A stretch of DNA of 63,909 bases, filler included, from Intoshia linei (Eukaryota; Animalia; Orthonectida): the NCBI GenBank assembly GCA_001642005.1. It is 4 parts of 4 records of this genome, joined end to end, with 100 filler letters (N's around TTAATTAATTAA, not from the genome) between each part and the next. Parts side by side here need not be neighbours in the genome. Positions count along the whole stretch, not along the records: positions 19,167 to 49,018 come from LWCA01000377.1; positions 49,119 to 61,741 come from LWCA01001067.1; 2 more parts are not named here. One strand, written 5' to 3'. Position 1 is the first letter of the stretch; each line of letters starts with the position of its first letter. The notes under the pieces are model-generated. The model had not been told where the DNA came from, made no database searches, and was given only the letters and a program-made list of their open reading frames with translations. Shown piece by piece: positions 38,511-53,400 of this stretch. The translations under genes and the position numbers were made by a program.

Positions 38511-41500
38511 ATGTCTTTACTTGATATGAATACAAACATTGATTTTATGAAGCTAAATCAAGGAGATAATGTCATCCTTACCTATGTATGGATCGATGGT
38601 AGTGGACAGACTTTGAGAGGAAAATCAAAAACTCTTATTACTAAAAAAACAGAAATTAAATTGGAAGGTAATATACTCACGATTTTAAAATGAATTTCCT
38701 GTATAGTATTTTATCATTTTAGATGTGCCAGATTGGAATTTTGATGGAAGTTCAACAGAACAAGCAACTGGAATAAACTCCGATGTTTATTTAAAACCTG
38801 TTGCAATTTATAATGATCCTTTTTTTGGTGGAAAAAATAAACTAGTCATGTGTTCTACTTATGATTTTAACAACAAACCCACAGGTTCAATTTAATATGA
38901 ATTAAAGTCTATTTAAATTACTATTATTAACTGTCTATTGGACAGTCTATGATGGACTCCATAAAATCAGTTTTTAAGAAAGTTTTATTATGTGAAAAGT
39001 TTACGGGTGCCTTTGGGAGCCTTGTCTAAATATAATCAAATGATAATAATCACACTTCTAAACTACATGTATAATATACATTGTATATATGAAAATCTAA
39101 AAGCGTCGTTTGATGAATCAGTCCTAAATAATTGAAGTACACTGTATACTATACAGTGTATAGCAGTGATGTCAGCCAACCAAAACTAGGTGTGTTAAAT
39201 TTAATACTATTTTCAGAAATTTTTTTCCAGTGTGTTTTTATTAAAAAAATATTAGGTCAATTAAAACTTCAATTAAGTCGAACAACTTGATGATGGAAAA
39301 TGAGTTAAAAAAATAATTTTTACATTTATCTAGATTTAAAAAATTAAGCTGAAGTTTTTCAATGAGAAGTTCATAACTTGTTGATTTTAACGCTACACAA
39401 GCCAAACTAGTTTCATCGTGAAATTTATTCCTTTTATGATTTTTGACATTATTCAATGTGGAAAATAACAATTTACAAGAATATGTAGATGAAAATATAG
39501 TTAATATATCTTTAGCTCAGTGTTTCCCACCAGGCCCCACTGGTGGGACATTAGAAATTTGGTGGGGCCTGGGAAATATTACAAATGTATAGGATTATGA
39601 AACTTTAGATTAATTTGTTGTTAATTTTATACAATATTTTCAGGTTTATAAGTGGTTATGTGATACTTGAACCAATTAATTGTATTATTAAATTATTAGA
39701 ATGACAAAAAACAAATATATCTTTAATGATCGTGGGCTATTGAATTCAAATTTAACTAAATTGATGAGTATATGCAAAATGCTAAATTTGCAAATTTGTA
39801 AAATTATCCGACTTTAACTACTTTTGCTAGGACTGCTTTGTTGCCATTTCCATCCTCTTATTTAGTAGAATGCGGGTTTAGTGCAGTTTTAGACTTACTG
39901 ACAAAAAAATGAATAGACTACAAATTTCAAAAAGGGGAGATCTACGATTAAAGCTTACAACATTAGTACCTAATATTAATAAACTCTGTCAGAATCGTCA
40001 GGCTCAATCGTCTCATTAATTCTAAAAAATAAATACATTATTATTGTTTTTATCATTATTTTATTATAATTCGCTCGAATTTTTTTTCAGTGAGGCCTGG
40101 GATTTTTTTAAGAGTAAAAGTGGGGCCTAGCATAAAAAAGGTTGGAAAACACTGCTTTAGCTAGACATTTCAGACTATTAATTGTTTCAGTCATAGAATT
40201 CCAAACTTCTAATAACATATTTGATTGGTCAAAGTAGGTAACATCTTCAAATGATTTTGTAAGTCTATTTTGTTCTATTACTTCAATTTCTGATCTTACT
40301 TATTTTAGTAATATTTTTTATTTGAAGTGAACTTGTATATTTTTTCAAGTGTGTATTTTTTACACACAAACACCTTTGCCATCACTTGTGTATAATACAG
40401 TGTATACTGCATTTAAAATTTAAATTTAATTTAATTTTGTTAAAATAGATACAAATTATCGAGTGTATTGTGACGAAGTTATGAATAAAGCAAAAAAGTA
40501 TGAACCAATGTTTGGAATTGAACAAGAGTATGTATTGATGGATACGGATAAAGATCCATTCTCGTGGCCTAAAAATGGTTTCTTGGGTCCACAAGGCCGA
40601 TACTATTGCAGCGCTGGAAAAGGAAATGCATATGGTAGAATGATATCAGATAGTCACTATAAATGTTGTCTATATGCTGGTTTAACCATTTCTGGAACTA
40701 ATGCTGAAGTCATGCCAAGTCAAGTAATTTATAAAAACTGTATAAATGCACTGTCGACGGTTTCTGATAAATTTTGATATTTCCATGTTCGTCTTAGTGA
40801 GTGACGCGACATCTATACGAGGGAAACTAGAAATGAAATTAAATACCATTTTCCAAAATGAAAAACATTTGTCTTGAAGCCTTTATCCATTGTTCAATTT
40901 GACCGCTACATGATGAACCTGAATTTCCATTACACTTCTTCTCTTTTCGGAGCCACGAAATATTTGTAGAATTTTTTTACCGTGAAGTCGTCAATTATTC
41001 AGATTGAAATTTATTTTGCTAACACCACCGGAAAAACTATAATTTAAATGTGGACTTTATAAAATTCTAAGACTCGTAGTTATTGAAATAAACGGTAACA
41101 CACACAAACGAATAAATCCAGTTTTATTATTATTCAACATAATTTTCCTTTCGTCCTTATATAGATGAAGCTTCACATGGACAGTTCGTCGGACATACAT
41201 GACGTTGACATGTAAAAAAATTTTTGAATTTAGTGGGAATATCAAATTGGACCTGTAATCGGAATTAGTATGGGAGATCAACTTTGGATGTCGAGATACA
41301 TTCTCTACCGTGTTGCCGAATCTTTTGGAGTAGGCATATCTTTAGATCCAAAAGTCAAGACTGGCGATTGGAACGGTTCTGGAGCGCATACAAACTATAG
41401 TACTAAAGACATGCGGGCTGAAAACGGAATAGTGTAAGCTTTATAATCAAATACATGAGTACGATTTTTGTAAATATAAAATCAACCCTAAAATTTAAAA

Positions 41501-42023
41501 AAACATAAATTCTGGTATGTTTTAAAATGATAATCATTATCTTAAATCACGACATAAAAAAAATTTTCATGATCACAATTCCAGATTACCCTTTTCTTAA
41601 AAAAAACATTGCAGCTTATAGTTATCTCTACTTATTCTAATTCAAAAAAAGATAATTTATTTAATTTAGACACATTCTTGAAGCCATCAACAAACTTTCA
41701 CTAACTCATGAACGACATATAAAAGTATACGATCCAAATAATGGAGAAGACAATGCCAGACGTCTAACAGGTGCTTACGAAACTGCACCAATAACAGAAT
41801 TCATAAGTGGAGTAGCTAATAGAGGAGCAAGTATTCGAATACCGAGAGATTGTAGCCGTCAAAAATGTGGATACTTGGAAGACAGACGGTATATATTACT
41901 TTGAAAAATTATTTTTGATTCAATTTTAATTACATATATTATAGCCCTGCATCAAATTGTGATCCATACAAAGTTATTGCTGCAATAGTGTATACAACAT
42001 GCATTTCGAACAATTCATTTTAA
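38511..42023 (+). CDS. GLUL: Glutamine synthetase (GSII), 6 exons
   Basis: Exons 38511-38667, 38723-38884, 40449-40723, 41234-41433, 41670-41888 and 41945-42023 join in frame. Motifs [73 protein letters not shown]. Confidence 0.97.
39164..40387 (-). mobile_element. hAT element (GTF2IRD2/EPM2AIP1-type remnant) in GS intron 2
   Basis: Ends CAGTGATG.../...CATCACTT with near-perfect TSD GTGTATAG/GTGTATAA. The minus-strand remnant WNSM...[26 protein letters not shown] is split by the inner element. Confidence 0.7.
39518..40154 (+). mobile_element. hAT Buster/SCAND3-type non-autonomous element nested in another hAT
   Basis: Perfect 8-bp TSD CTTTAGCT. TIR CAGTGTTTCCCACC / GGTTGGAAAACACTG. Remnant [17 protein letters not shown]...RGDLRLKLT...AQSSH. 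Confidence 0.9.
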
Positions 42024-42681
42024 TTGAAATGATTTTAATATATACAAAATACAAAAAATATATATTTTAAAAATATCAATGTAGTTTTCAATTTGTTTGC
42101 ATTGTGCATTTAATTAAATATTAACACCTGCAGACTTTTCTCAATGTTTCATCAAAAAATTTTCGAATTGTTGCAAATGTGTAAACTTTCCCATCACTAT
42201 CCCGAAATAATAAAAAATGGTACCTTTAAAAATGTAACCTTTACTATTTTATCAGATTGGCAGTTTTTTTAATTTAGGATACATTGATGGAATGCTCGAT
42301 ATTAGAGATATTCTCAACGAAAATATATGCCCAGTTAATTTCTCATCTCAAGAAAAATGTCTCATTTTAGACATTTTACAAAATCAATGTAATTCGAACT
42401 GTTCATTATTGTGTAAATATTTGCTAGGCGCTTTAAAAAATTTGAAATTTAACACCCATATAAATAATTTTTCAAGTCCAATTAATACTAAAAAGTGATT
42501 TGATGTACATGGGTTTTACGATAGTCAGTACTACTAGTGAGTCTCTACTAGTATTTCAATATCGGTAAATTATTACCAGTAATTATTTTCGGTTACTGTT
42601 AATTTAAATTTTTTTTTATAATTATAATAAAACGTTTTTGACATATTGATGTAAAGTTAATGTTGCAAATAATTTTATCAA

Positions 42682-43944
42682 TCCTTACTTGTATAATATG
42701 CTACGCAATATTTGTTTGTGTGTGTGTTCAACTTTATTGAAATAACTACCAGTCTTAGAATTTTATAAAATCAACATTTCAATTCAGTTTTTTCTGGAAC
42801 ATATAATAAGATAAATTTCAACCTCCCAAACTCACATCTTACAGGTCAAAAACCACAATTGTCCTTTTTTTGACTATACAATATAAAAGATACTAAAATA
42901 AATGATATTAATAAATCGTACAAACCAGTGTTTTATATGTTCAAAGATTTTTTCTAGTTCAAATTTTAAGCAATTTTATGTTACCGTAGTTATATTTCTA
43001 ACTTTTTTCGAATTTAAGTTTATTACATTTATTGGTCTCAAATTTAATTATATTGAATAAAGGGGTGCCAAGTGGAAAAAGGTTAAGAACCCATTCTCTA
43101 AAGCAGTGCTTTCCAACCCAATTTGGTTGGCGACACACATTTCAATTTGAAAACTTTTTGTTACACACCAATTTAAAAATATACTATTGATCCGTTTAAA
43201 ACGAAATTTTTTTTAATAATAATCTCAAAATAAATATAAAATTATTGCTCCACTATAGATTAAAAATAATTATACATGTAATGTTATTAAAAAAAAATGT
43301 ATAAATTAAAAAAAGTGTGAATAAAAGTGAACAAATTTAAAAATAATGAGATCATTTCAAATACATGTATAATATAAATGTTTATATCTAATAAATTACA
43401 AAATTAATGATAGATTTGTGATTGTTTGGATCAACATATTCTTTTAATAACTTTATATATAACATAAAATCACATTTGTATAAACGAGATTTAAATTATT
43501 TTTTCATTATTTAAAAAAATGTGCGTGAACAATATTAAAAGGTGTATTTTATGACTAATTTGATGTTGTATTTATTGATTTTGACTGTAAAATAATCATT
43601 TTGGTGATGAATTTAATCAAATTTAGTGAGAAATAACGCTATTTATGTTATGTAAAAATTTTATTTGGTCACACTATAATATTTACATTATTATTGTTAA
43701 TATTTTATAAATTTTAAAAAGTTTGGCAACACATTTGGAGATAATTGGTAAAACATTGGTTGGAAGGCACTGCTCTAAAGGATTAATAAAATCAGATTTT
43801 TCCCTAAATTAATCAATAATTGTAGTTGTAATTATACTTTGATTGTTTTAAGATCATACACTCATTATCATATATCGTAAAACCAAAAAGCGTCCCTCGG
43901 CAGAGATAGCGCTGTTTGTTTAAAGTACATTACAGTCAAGCTAG
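42682..43944 (+). mobile_element. Non-autonomous Helitron-like element containing hAT insertions
   Basis: 5' A|TCCTTAC...TGTTTGTGTGTG matches 31094. 3' CCCTCGGCAGAG...TACAGTCAAGCTAG|T. Confidence 0.6.
43104..43772. mobile_element. hAT MITE
   Basis: Perfect 8-bp TSD CTCTAAAG. TIRs CAGTGCTTTCCAACC / GGTTGGAAGGCACTG. Confidence 0.88.
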
Positions 43945-46900
43945 TAATATATAATTTGTTCACAGAACAATTTATTTATAAATTTATTTTAGTTAGAGAT
44001 GAAAATCGAACTGACGTAATTATATGAATTTAATAAAAATGATGATTTCAATAAAAAGTATTAATACATGTATTTATAAAAATTTTAGTGTGATGGACTA
44101 ATTTCAGAAAATGATAGAAACATGATGAAAGTAATATTATTATTATTAAAATATTATTTATTAAGACGACTCTGAAAATATATACATATATTTTATAAAT
44201 GTATTAGAAATAAGATGTTATTAATATTTATTTGTTTATAAGAATGTAAATTTATTAAATGTGTAACAATTGACATCAGAGCCAAACTTACTACGCCTAG
44301 AAACTTTATGTAACTTAAAAATAGGCACTAGCCATCTTTCTACAGATTTGAACTTTACAGTTTATATTTGAGACACAAAACATTTGAATCATATTGAAAA
44401 ATATAATATTTTGGAAAAATTTGAGAAAATGAGATTTTTTCGGGTATAGTACTTTCTATTTGATATTTAGTGATTATTTTTTAGAAGTAAAATTAATTCA
44501 TATTAGTATAGTTTTGTTATATCTTAAATATCGATTAACTATCAAACAATTGTATTAATGTTAAGATTTTGACAAATTTATAGTTTATTAACTTTTTTTA
44601 GAGATTATTTGATATTAAAAAAAATTTAAATTATATAATTTATGAAATAAAATATAGAAATTGACTCTCAAGAGGGCAATTCACCCACCGTTGAAACCCC
44701 TGGTTTAGAATATAATTATAATTTATATTTTTAGTTGTATGTAAATATGAATAATTCTGTGCCACTCAAAAATAAAAAAATTGATACATTTATCCAGGAA
44801 TACTATCATAAACTAGTAATTATAGTAAATATAATAAAATGTTGTGTATAAATATATCTAATTTAAACGATAGGTCGGTGGTGCTTAAGCACTGCTTAAA
44901 AGTTTTTGTTAATAATTAATTAAATTAATGACCACGTTTTCAATGTTTATTTTTGCTTTACTTAGACGAAATGCGTTAGATATCAAGGAATTTCGCATAA
45001 ATTGACATAAAATGTTTGTTTTTTATAACCAGCCATTGTAGCTTTATGAATTTAATCAGTAAAATCTAAGTTACAATAATGTGATACTCCTATCATGATT
45101 ACAAGATTGACCAAAAGATATGCAGAAATAGTCAACTAAGGCTGTAATTTTTATCCATTCAACGATTGAAGATTGCTATCACTGACACACCAGTTCCAGG
45201 TAACACAGTGCTGCCTCTTTCATATTAGTCTGATATCGAGTAACCCAAGTGATCCTATCTCCTATCTCTTAACTGCAGACAGACGGTAACATATTGCTAC
45301 CAGTATTATATTTTTGGCGGGTGAGAAAGACCTTCCTTTTGAGTCCACCCGATCACCTATTGATAGGATTTGTTAAGTATCCAACAAATTGCAGAACAAA
45401 TGTTATTCGGCACACCCTTGAAATCTGTCGCTTGACACCAACATTATGAGCAGATTCTAATTTTGTGCTAAATTTTAGCTTATATGGCTATAAACTCGAA
45501 ATTGTTGACTTTTGTGGTTTTATTATTATTTAAAAAAATTACTATTAAATTCCTTTTCAAGGCGAATTTTTATTATAAATTTAGGGTATAATTAAAAGTA
45601 TGGAAACTGAATTAATTGAATATAGCTGCTATTTTAAAAGTATTTTTAGTTATACAGTATATCAGTGGTTCTTAATTGACAATATTTACTAAAATTGTAC
45701 AAACTTAAAATGATGTTCTTGATTGAGGCTATGATTTAAGTCATTTCTGAAAACTGATATTTACCGTATAAAGTAATTATAATAAATTTTTTAGACAGTT
45801 TTAAATCAATGCAATTAATTCTGCGAAAATTTCACATGTCTATTTGTACACATTTTAATCCTAATTTTGAAAAATATTATTTGGTAAGTATACATTATGA
45901 ACATGATATATGATTCATAGTATATGTCATAAATCATGTATAAAAACTTAAAGAGGGAGTCAAATTGGTACACTAAAATTTAGGAAATATGCAGATGTGT
46001 GTGGGTTTCAACACTGGGTAATAACAAATGTTTATAGTTTAAACTAAATATCTATTTGCCCGGTTACAAAGTATTTGCAAGTGTTCCCTCTTATTGTTTC
46101 ACAAGTCTGGGGAACAAAATTTTATAAATTGTAGAAAAATATCCGCAATAAATATTTATATATAGAATAGAGAAAATACACACTTAAAATTTCAAAATCT
46201 TATCAAGGAATCTATAATTATTTGCAAAAATATCTACAATAAAATTAAAGTGATTGAAGTAATATTTTTTAACATGTAAATAATCTTGGTTAGTTCTTGG
46301 TATCGAAAAAGGTAGAATATATATTTCTAAATAAATAAACTCTATAAACTGTTTAAATTTGACTAAAATTTGGAATTTAAGCTTTCTCACATGTAATTAA
46401 ATCAAATGACAGTGAAAAATGTATGACATGAATGATAATTATACAAAGGGTTAAACAAATTCTATTTTGGAAGATAACAGCGATCAAGATTTACTGTACA
46501 TAAAGATTATTGGCTTATTATTAATAGAAAAATTACCATATAATACATATGTATATATCGTAATATTTTATTGGAACAATTTAATTGTCCTGAATAGCTA
46601 TTAACTAACATAATAATAGGCTATTTGAGTATTTCGAGAAACAATGAAAGCTATAATTGTATTATTATAGTTCTAGCCAATTCAATATATATTTGGAACT
46701 CAAAAATTTCGTCATTTGATTTATTATAAATTTTATTTTATATTTTATCATGTATGATAATGTTGCTTTAGGACATATTGAGAGACTATCGAATTAAAAA
46801 ATCAGACTATGAATTAACAAGTCTCTTTAAATTTTTTTCTATTAAAAACGATATCAATAAAGTAGAGGTAATTAAAATTTATATATTTCTATTTTTAAAT

Positions 46901-47249
46901 TCTAACTAAACAATGGTTTAACATCCATCACATAAATAGTATATTATAATATACTCTATAATGCAGGGTTTCCAAATTCTTGCTAATTAATGGCCCCTTT
47001 AATTTGAAACTTTTTAATATGTTTTTTCTAATGTTTTCAGTTGCCCTTGGGTACATGAACCACGGTGCGAAACACTGCATTAATGTATTTGATCAATGAT
47101 GTTATAAGTTATAAACAATTATTATAACTTATAAGTCCGCAGTTAATTAAAAAATTAAAAGTTTCTATATATACGTGCTCATAATTATTGTACACCATTT
47201 GCGTTTAAAACATTCATATAATCATTATATATTATAATATTATTATATT

Positions 47250-47425
47250 CAAAAAAAATTCCTAAAAATCCCCGTTAAAGTTTGGTTTAAAAAAAAGGTT
47301 TTTAAGAAACCCCTGTTGAAAGTTTAGTTAAAAATAAAATCTTAAAACCCTCTTAAAATATTTGATTCAAAAAAAATTTCCTAAAAACCCCCTTTAAATT
47401 TGGTTCAAAAAAATTTCTAAAACCC
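47250..47425. repeat. ~38-40 bp degenerate minisatellite; related array at ~50160-50330
   Basis: Repeated AAAAAAATTCCTAAAAACCCC.TTAAAGTTTGG units. Confidence 0.5.
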
Positions 47426-49304
47426 AAAATTAAAATATAAATGAAAATTGTACACATTCTACGACTTCCCCATAGAATGTGTACATTTCAGTTTTACACA
47501 TTCTATACGACATATATAGAATTAGTATAAAATCGAATATTACCAACCATTTTACTAATAATCCACTTTTATCAACATCAATTCGTCGGATAAAAATAAT
47601 TTTTTGTGTCAGAATTTATCTTGTGTTGATTTTGGACTTAGCTTTGATATATCTTTAATTTTTTGAGAAACAGTAGATAAATATTTTAAACAGTGTAAAT
47701 ACGTTTCGTTATAATAATGTATTTATTTATATGTATTGTATAAGTTCTTTTAGGCCTTGAAACTCGACAATATAGCAAAATGTTATTATCAAGACATATA
47801 TTTTGTGGTACTACTCAAAATAAGAATAGTAAATAAAGAGTAATTATTTGATTAAACATCTCTCATATAAAGTGTTATGTGCAAAGTACAATGTACAATT
47901 TTTTTTTACAAATTGTATTTTTCAATTCATTGTTGAAATTTAAAAAAATTGTACCATTTTACTGAAAGCTCTGTGATGACCATTAATTTTTTTTGTTCTC
48001 ACCTAGTGGTCCATTTTGACCATATTTATATTTGTAAATTCATATTAAAAAATAATGCAATTTCAGACTAAAACTGAAATTTTCCCTTAGAGCCGACCCT
48101 ATCTATCTCGAGGTCACCCGAAAATGAAAAATGGACCACTAAAAATAATTTTCATAAACGATGCGTAATGTCATACAGCCCTAGCCACCTAACACTCTCG
48201 AGTCGATATTTTAATTTTAACATATAAAATAGTTATGATATTCACATATTCATGATATGTCAAGTATATAATTTGGAAAATGAGATCTAATTTTACAAAA
48301 ATTTCGTTGATGCACCGAAGATGAGTCTTGGTACGATGGGTTCAGCACTATGTCCCAGGGACATTGTCTTTATCTACAGTTTGAACCATATTATCTATTT
48401 TATTCTTTATTTTTATGAAAATATAGATACAAAAACATTGCAAAGACATTTCATAAAATTTTATCTGACGTTGTAGAACACAATGAAAATCATTTAAAGG
48501 TAATATTTTCCATATATTTGTAGTAGTGAGATAAAGTAACTCTAAAACATACATTGTTAATCATATTAAAAAATTTAAACCAAACCATACACGTTAGTGT
48601 CGTTAATCCTCTAAATTTTTCCAAAATAGTGTTTAACTGGGGCGAATCTGACTTAATAATCTGAATAGAAAAATATTAAAAATTTTTTTTTAATAAAGCC
48701 AATTTTTACCAAAGTGTGAAAGCAATTTTTCTCCACAAACAAAGCAGAAATTTCAGTTTTTGTATAAAAAATTAAGAAAAACATAAAAATAAACTTAAAT
48801 ATAGTTATTTTTTGTTAATTACTTAATTGATCAACGCACATTCGTTAAGCAGCCATTTTCAAAATTAGTCATCAGATTGTCATTTGTTTTTAAAATTACA
48901 CTTAATCTACTGGGTATGTTTTTAAAGATCAAATAGTATATTTGCCTATAGATGTATTTTTATACGCTGATCACGATTATGTATACATTATATGTTTTAA
49001 TTAAGATTTTCTTCGCCTNNNNNNNNNNNNNNNNNNNNNNNNNNNNNNNNNNNNNNNNNNNNTTAATTAATTAANNNNNNNNNNNNNNNNNNNNNNNNNN
49101 NNNNNNNNNNNNNNNNNNATTTTTAATATTATACACACATTCTGTTTAATAAATTAAAAAAATGGGATAACATTTTGTTTTAAAAAAAATTCTTTACGCA
49201 AATGTTAACAGACAAAAAATTAAGATGGAATTATTCACTTTAAAGTGAAAAATGTGATATGATGGTTCCACTTGAAATAAATTTGGGAACCACTCCTTTA
49301 AAGG

Positions 49305-49596
49305 ATTGATAATAGTGAATAGTAGGATTTTTAAGTTAGATTTTCAACGTGAATTTATTTTTTAAGTATAATAAAAATGTGCTCTCGGCAGAGCTAGGTC
49401 CTGTTTGTACGTAGTATGTAAATTTATTTTTTGGTAGTATAAAAATGTTCCCTCGGTAGAACTAGGCTACGGGGATTGATAATAGTGAATAGTAGAATTT
49501 TTAAGTTAGATTTTCAACGTGAATTTTTTGATATAATAAAAATTCCCTCGGCAGAGCTAGGTGCTGTTTGTACGTAGTACATTACAGTCAACCTAG
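49305..49596 (+). repeat. Tandem copies of the Helitron-like 3' end
   Basis: Three CTCGGCAGAGCTAGG-type units, two preceded by GGATTGATAATAGTGAATAG; the last ends ACCTAG|T. Other copies at ~8550-8610 (-), 55205-55330 and ~58910-58940 (-). Confidence 0.7.
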
Positions 49597-50420
49597 TTAT
49601 ATTATAAAAAGTGATTCCCATAATGGGCGATATTGTCCCCAGGGCGGTATAATATCTATGATCAATTGAAAAAACGAATGATATTTGAGAATCCTTAAAT
49701 TTATTTTTATTTAAATTATTTGAATGGTGAAATACATAAACGTGTATCCTAATATTTGGACATTAGTTGAAAAATTATGGAATATTTTTCCTTTTTCTTC
49801 TTTGGTTGAACGAGGCTTCAGTGTTGTAAGGAATAAACCAAACAAAAAATTTGATCTAACTTACTAGATATAGCTTGAAACAACTAGAAAACTGAACCTG
49901 ACATTGAAGAATTAGCTTCGAAGCATCAGATCCACGCATCACAAAGTTTTAAAGTTTTTTGATCTCTTGAAGAATAATTTTCAGATTATTTTTGATGATT
50001 TTAGATGACGATAAAAATGTAAAGACAACGATAATTAATAATGATGTTCCAATGATCAATGTATAATTTAAAAAAAGCTACTAATATCAATTACGTTTAA
50101 AATAATCTAAAAATTTGCGTAAAAACATAGTTTCTCAACAATTTTTTAGTTTTATAGAAATTAAAATCAAAAAAATCTTAATAAACCCTCTCTTTAGGGT
50201 TTAATATAAAAAAATAATCTGAAAATTATCCTGCAAGAGTTTGATTAAAAAAACTTCAAAAACCCATACCTTTAAGGTTTGGTAAAAAATGTTATCTGAA
50301 AATTCCCATAAAAGCTTAATTAAAAAAATCTTATAATTTAAATTCGATAATAATTTTTAATGTTTGGAAAAAAAATACATGTAATACATGCATAATGTAT
50401 ACAAAATGTGGTAATGATTA

Positions 50421-53400
50421 CTTTAATGTGACTTTGTCCAAAGTTGATTCAACTGGAATGATAATTAATCTTGTATACACCAAAAATTCGTTCAATTCAT
50501 TTTGTAAATCTGAAATAACGATAAATTCATCTGTGTCTGAAAAAACGAAGTTGTCATCATCTAAATATATATTATATCTATATTAGTAATAAATATTAAA
50601 TCATTATTAATCACATTAAAACTACGATTTTGGTAAAATTATTTGTATATTTATATATAATTTTATTACAAAATTGAATTGAATCCGCAAATAGTTGATT
50701 GTTTTCTATTACATGAATTTTCTTTTCAGTATCATCTATTAAAAAAGAAAGTCTATGCTTTGACCCATCCCAGGAATTTGCTATAAATTGCAATCGATCT
50801 CCAACATTGATATTTATAGGTGAATTGTAAAGTTCTCCCGACACTAGAAATATTTAAATAGCATAAAATCAATATGAGATGCAAGTTTTATACATTTCTT
50901 TATAGTGAAGAGTGTGAAATGGGATCAGTAGTTTCCGATTAAACTGACAGGCAAACTCAGACGTAAAAAGCGGTTAAAATTAAACATAAATTTATCATAA
51001 AGTTTACAAAAAACATTATCAACAAGTTCAATGAACATTGCTTATGTTAAGAAAGATTGTTTTATTATAGATAACGATCCGAATTAAGAAGTAACAATTT
51101 TAATTTCAATTTAAGTGATATAAATTTATTTATAAATCTATATTACACAATATTTTCGATTTGAGAACCTTCTACTGTGTTTTTTCCTCTTAATTTTTTA
51201 TAAAATTTAAAAAAATTTTTAACTAAACTGGTAACATTCACTGCTAACTATTTTAGATACAAAAAATATTTAGCCAAAAAATTGATTAACTCGTTAAACT
51301 TAAACGTGTCTTCATAATATAAGAATCCTAATATAATTTGGAACATGACCATATAAAACATTTTTCTACAGTATCTGCATTTAATTACCCACTAACCGTT
51401 ACCCAACTGAATTAACTGATTTATAAAAATTATACAAATTGTAGTACAGTTAAATAATTGTATTGTAGTATTTATTACTTAAATCAACGTCTTTTTTTTT
51501 CGACTGATTTCCATTTATACACTTAATAGTTGTATCCGTAGATTCGATAACGTTACAATCAACTGTACCGATTTTTACTCGATTCTTGTCATTCTGTAAT
51601 GAAAATCCAGATCCAATTAATTGAATCTCCAAACCACCTTTAAAAATATATAAAATTTAATAGAAATTACCTATCGCTGATATTCTTTCATAATTTATTT
51701 GATTTACTATATTTATATAGATAAATTTTAAAATATATACTTTTAAAATCAACTGAAATAACCGGATAATTATCACTAAATATAGTCAATAAAATATTTT
51801 AAAGTTTTTACGTCTCCAATGCATATCCTTTAAGAGTATGGATTAATATTTCGTGGTTTCCATCTGTCAAAAAAGGAATCATAACCGCCAATTCACTTTC
51901 AGTATAATAAATTATTCGACTCTTAATTCCTCCAATATATACATGATCAACATTGATAAAAAGAGAACCAGTAAATGTTAAAATTCTATCCTCTTCGTCA
52001 ATATTGATTGTAGCCTTGTCGATAGAAGTAATTTGAGGTGTATCAGTGGTACTATAAGAATATACCAAACTTGTTGCAGAATCAACTCCGTTTTCAGTGT
52101 AAATGATTTCTGCAGATTCGATAGACTAAATATACGCATGCGTTAACTTTATAAAAAGTACTTACACCAATACTTGTATAACAAACAACTTGATCAATTT
52201 TGATTTCTACAATTTTGCATATTGATGTTCCAACTGTTATGCTTACATCGACTTCTGGATCATTGTTAAATCCACTTCCACTGATTGTTAAAAGTGTACC
52301 GCCTAATTTTTATTTTAAAATTTATAAATTTCTCACAGGTGTATCAATACATTACCTCCGGTGCTACCAAACAATGGCGATACTTCATTAAACTTGTATG
52401 TGTAATTAAAATCTATCGCATTTGCAACTGATATTCCTTTTCCTTCGACATTGACAGAAACGTTCTTTAAACCTTTTTCCCCTATACCCAAGATACAAGT
52501 AATTTCTGTTGGCGTAACCGTTTGAATTTCGCATAATGTATCATCTCCCAAAATAACTTGGTTGTTTGTTATATCCACATTATCAAAATTTAACCCAATT
52601 ATTGTTAATACATCTTCACTGGAACCTAACAAAAATAACAATAAACTAATTAATACATAATTTTCAATTTAAAATGTTAATAAATTATTACCTGTATCTG
52701 GTGAAACATTGCTTATTTCTGGTCTAATACTTTCATCATATTGAATATCTATTTCGCTTGAAACATCATTCAACACGGGTATATTATTAACAGTCACAGA
52801 TACCTTGAAACATTTAAAAATTTATATTCATTTTAAAAAGCTATCATAGATAGTTAAGATTAAATGGGTTACCTGTGGCGTCAAATGATTGGAACGCGAA
52901 AATGACGCGGGAATGTTTTCGAAAATTGATCTACCCTCATTGACTTTTTCTATTGTAACATCTCCATTAGTATTTGATGTAGATGAAACCTAAAAATTAA
53001 ATACATATATGTAATATAGCGCAGTACCAAACCTACCGTACTAGATTCCTTTTAGGGATGGGATGATTGATTTGCCAAGATTTATAAAATTACATAAAAA
53101 ATAAAAAATATTCCATTTTAAAAAAAAGTAATTTGTCAATTTTGCAAGGAAAATTAAACGAAACTCTAAAAAACAACTTAATTATTACTTTTATACAGTT
53201 TTATAATTGTCAATAATATACAGTTATGGGATTTTTCCCTTAAGGGTTGTAAATTTTGATTTTTAATAAAAATGGTTAAATATTAACAATTTAAATATCA
53301 AATAAAGAGCTTTAGAGAGATCGTTAGAGCTATATCATACTATGCATAGTTTGTGCAAAAAATTTTCAGGGCATATTTTTTATTTTCGGGTATCCTCGAG

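Noticed and set aside
42100-48800. Scattered exon-like segments (e.g. ORFs 42292-42498 and 48348-48554)
   Set aside because: I could not join them into a consistent frame or recognise a family. A divergent or decayed gene may be present.
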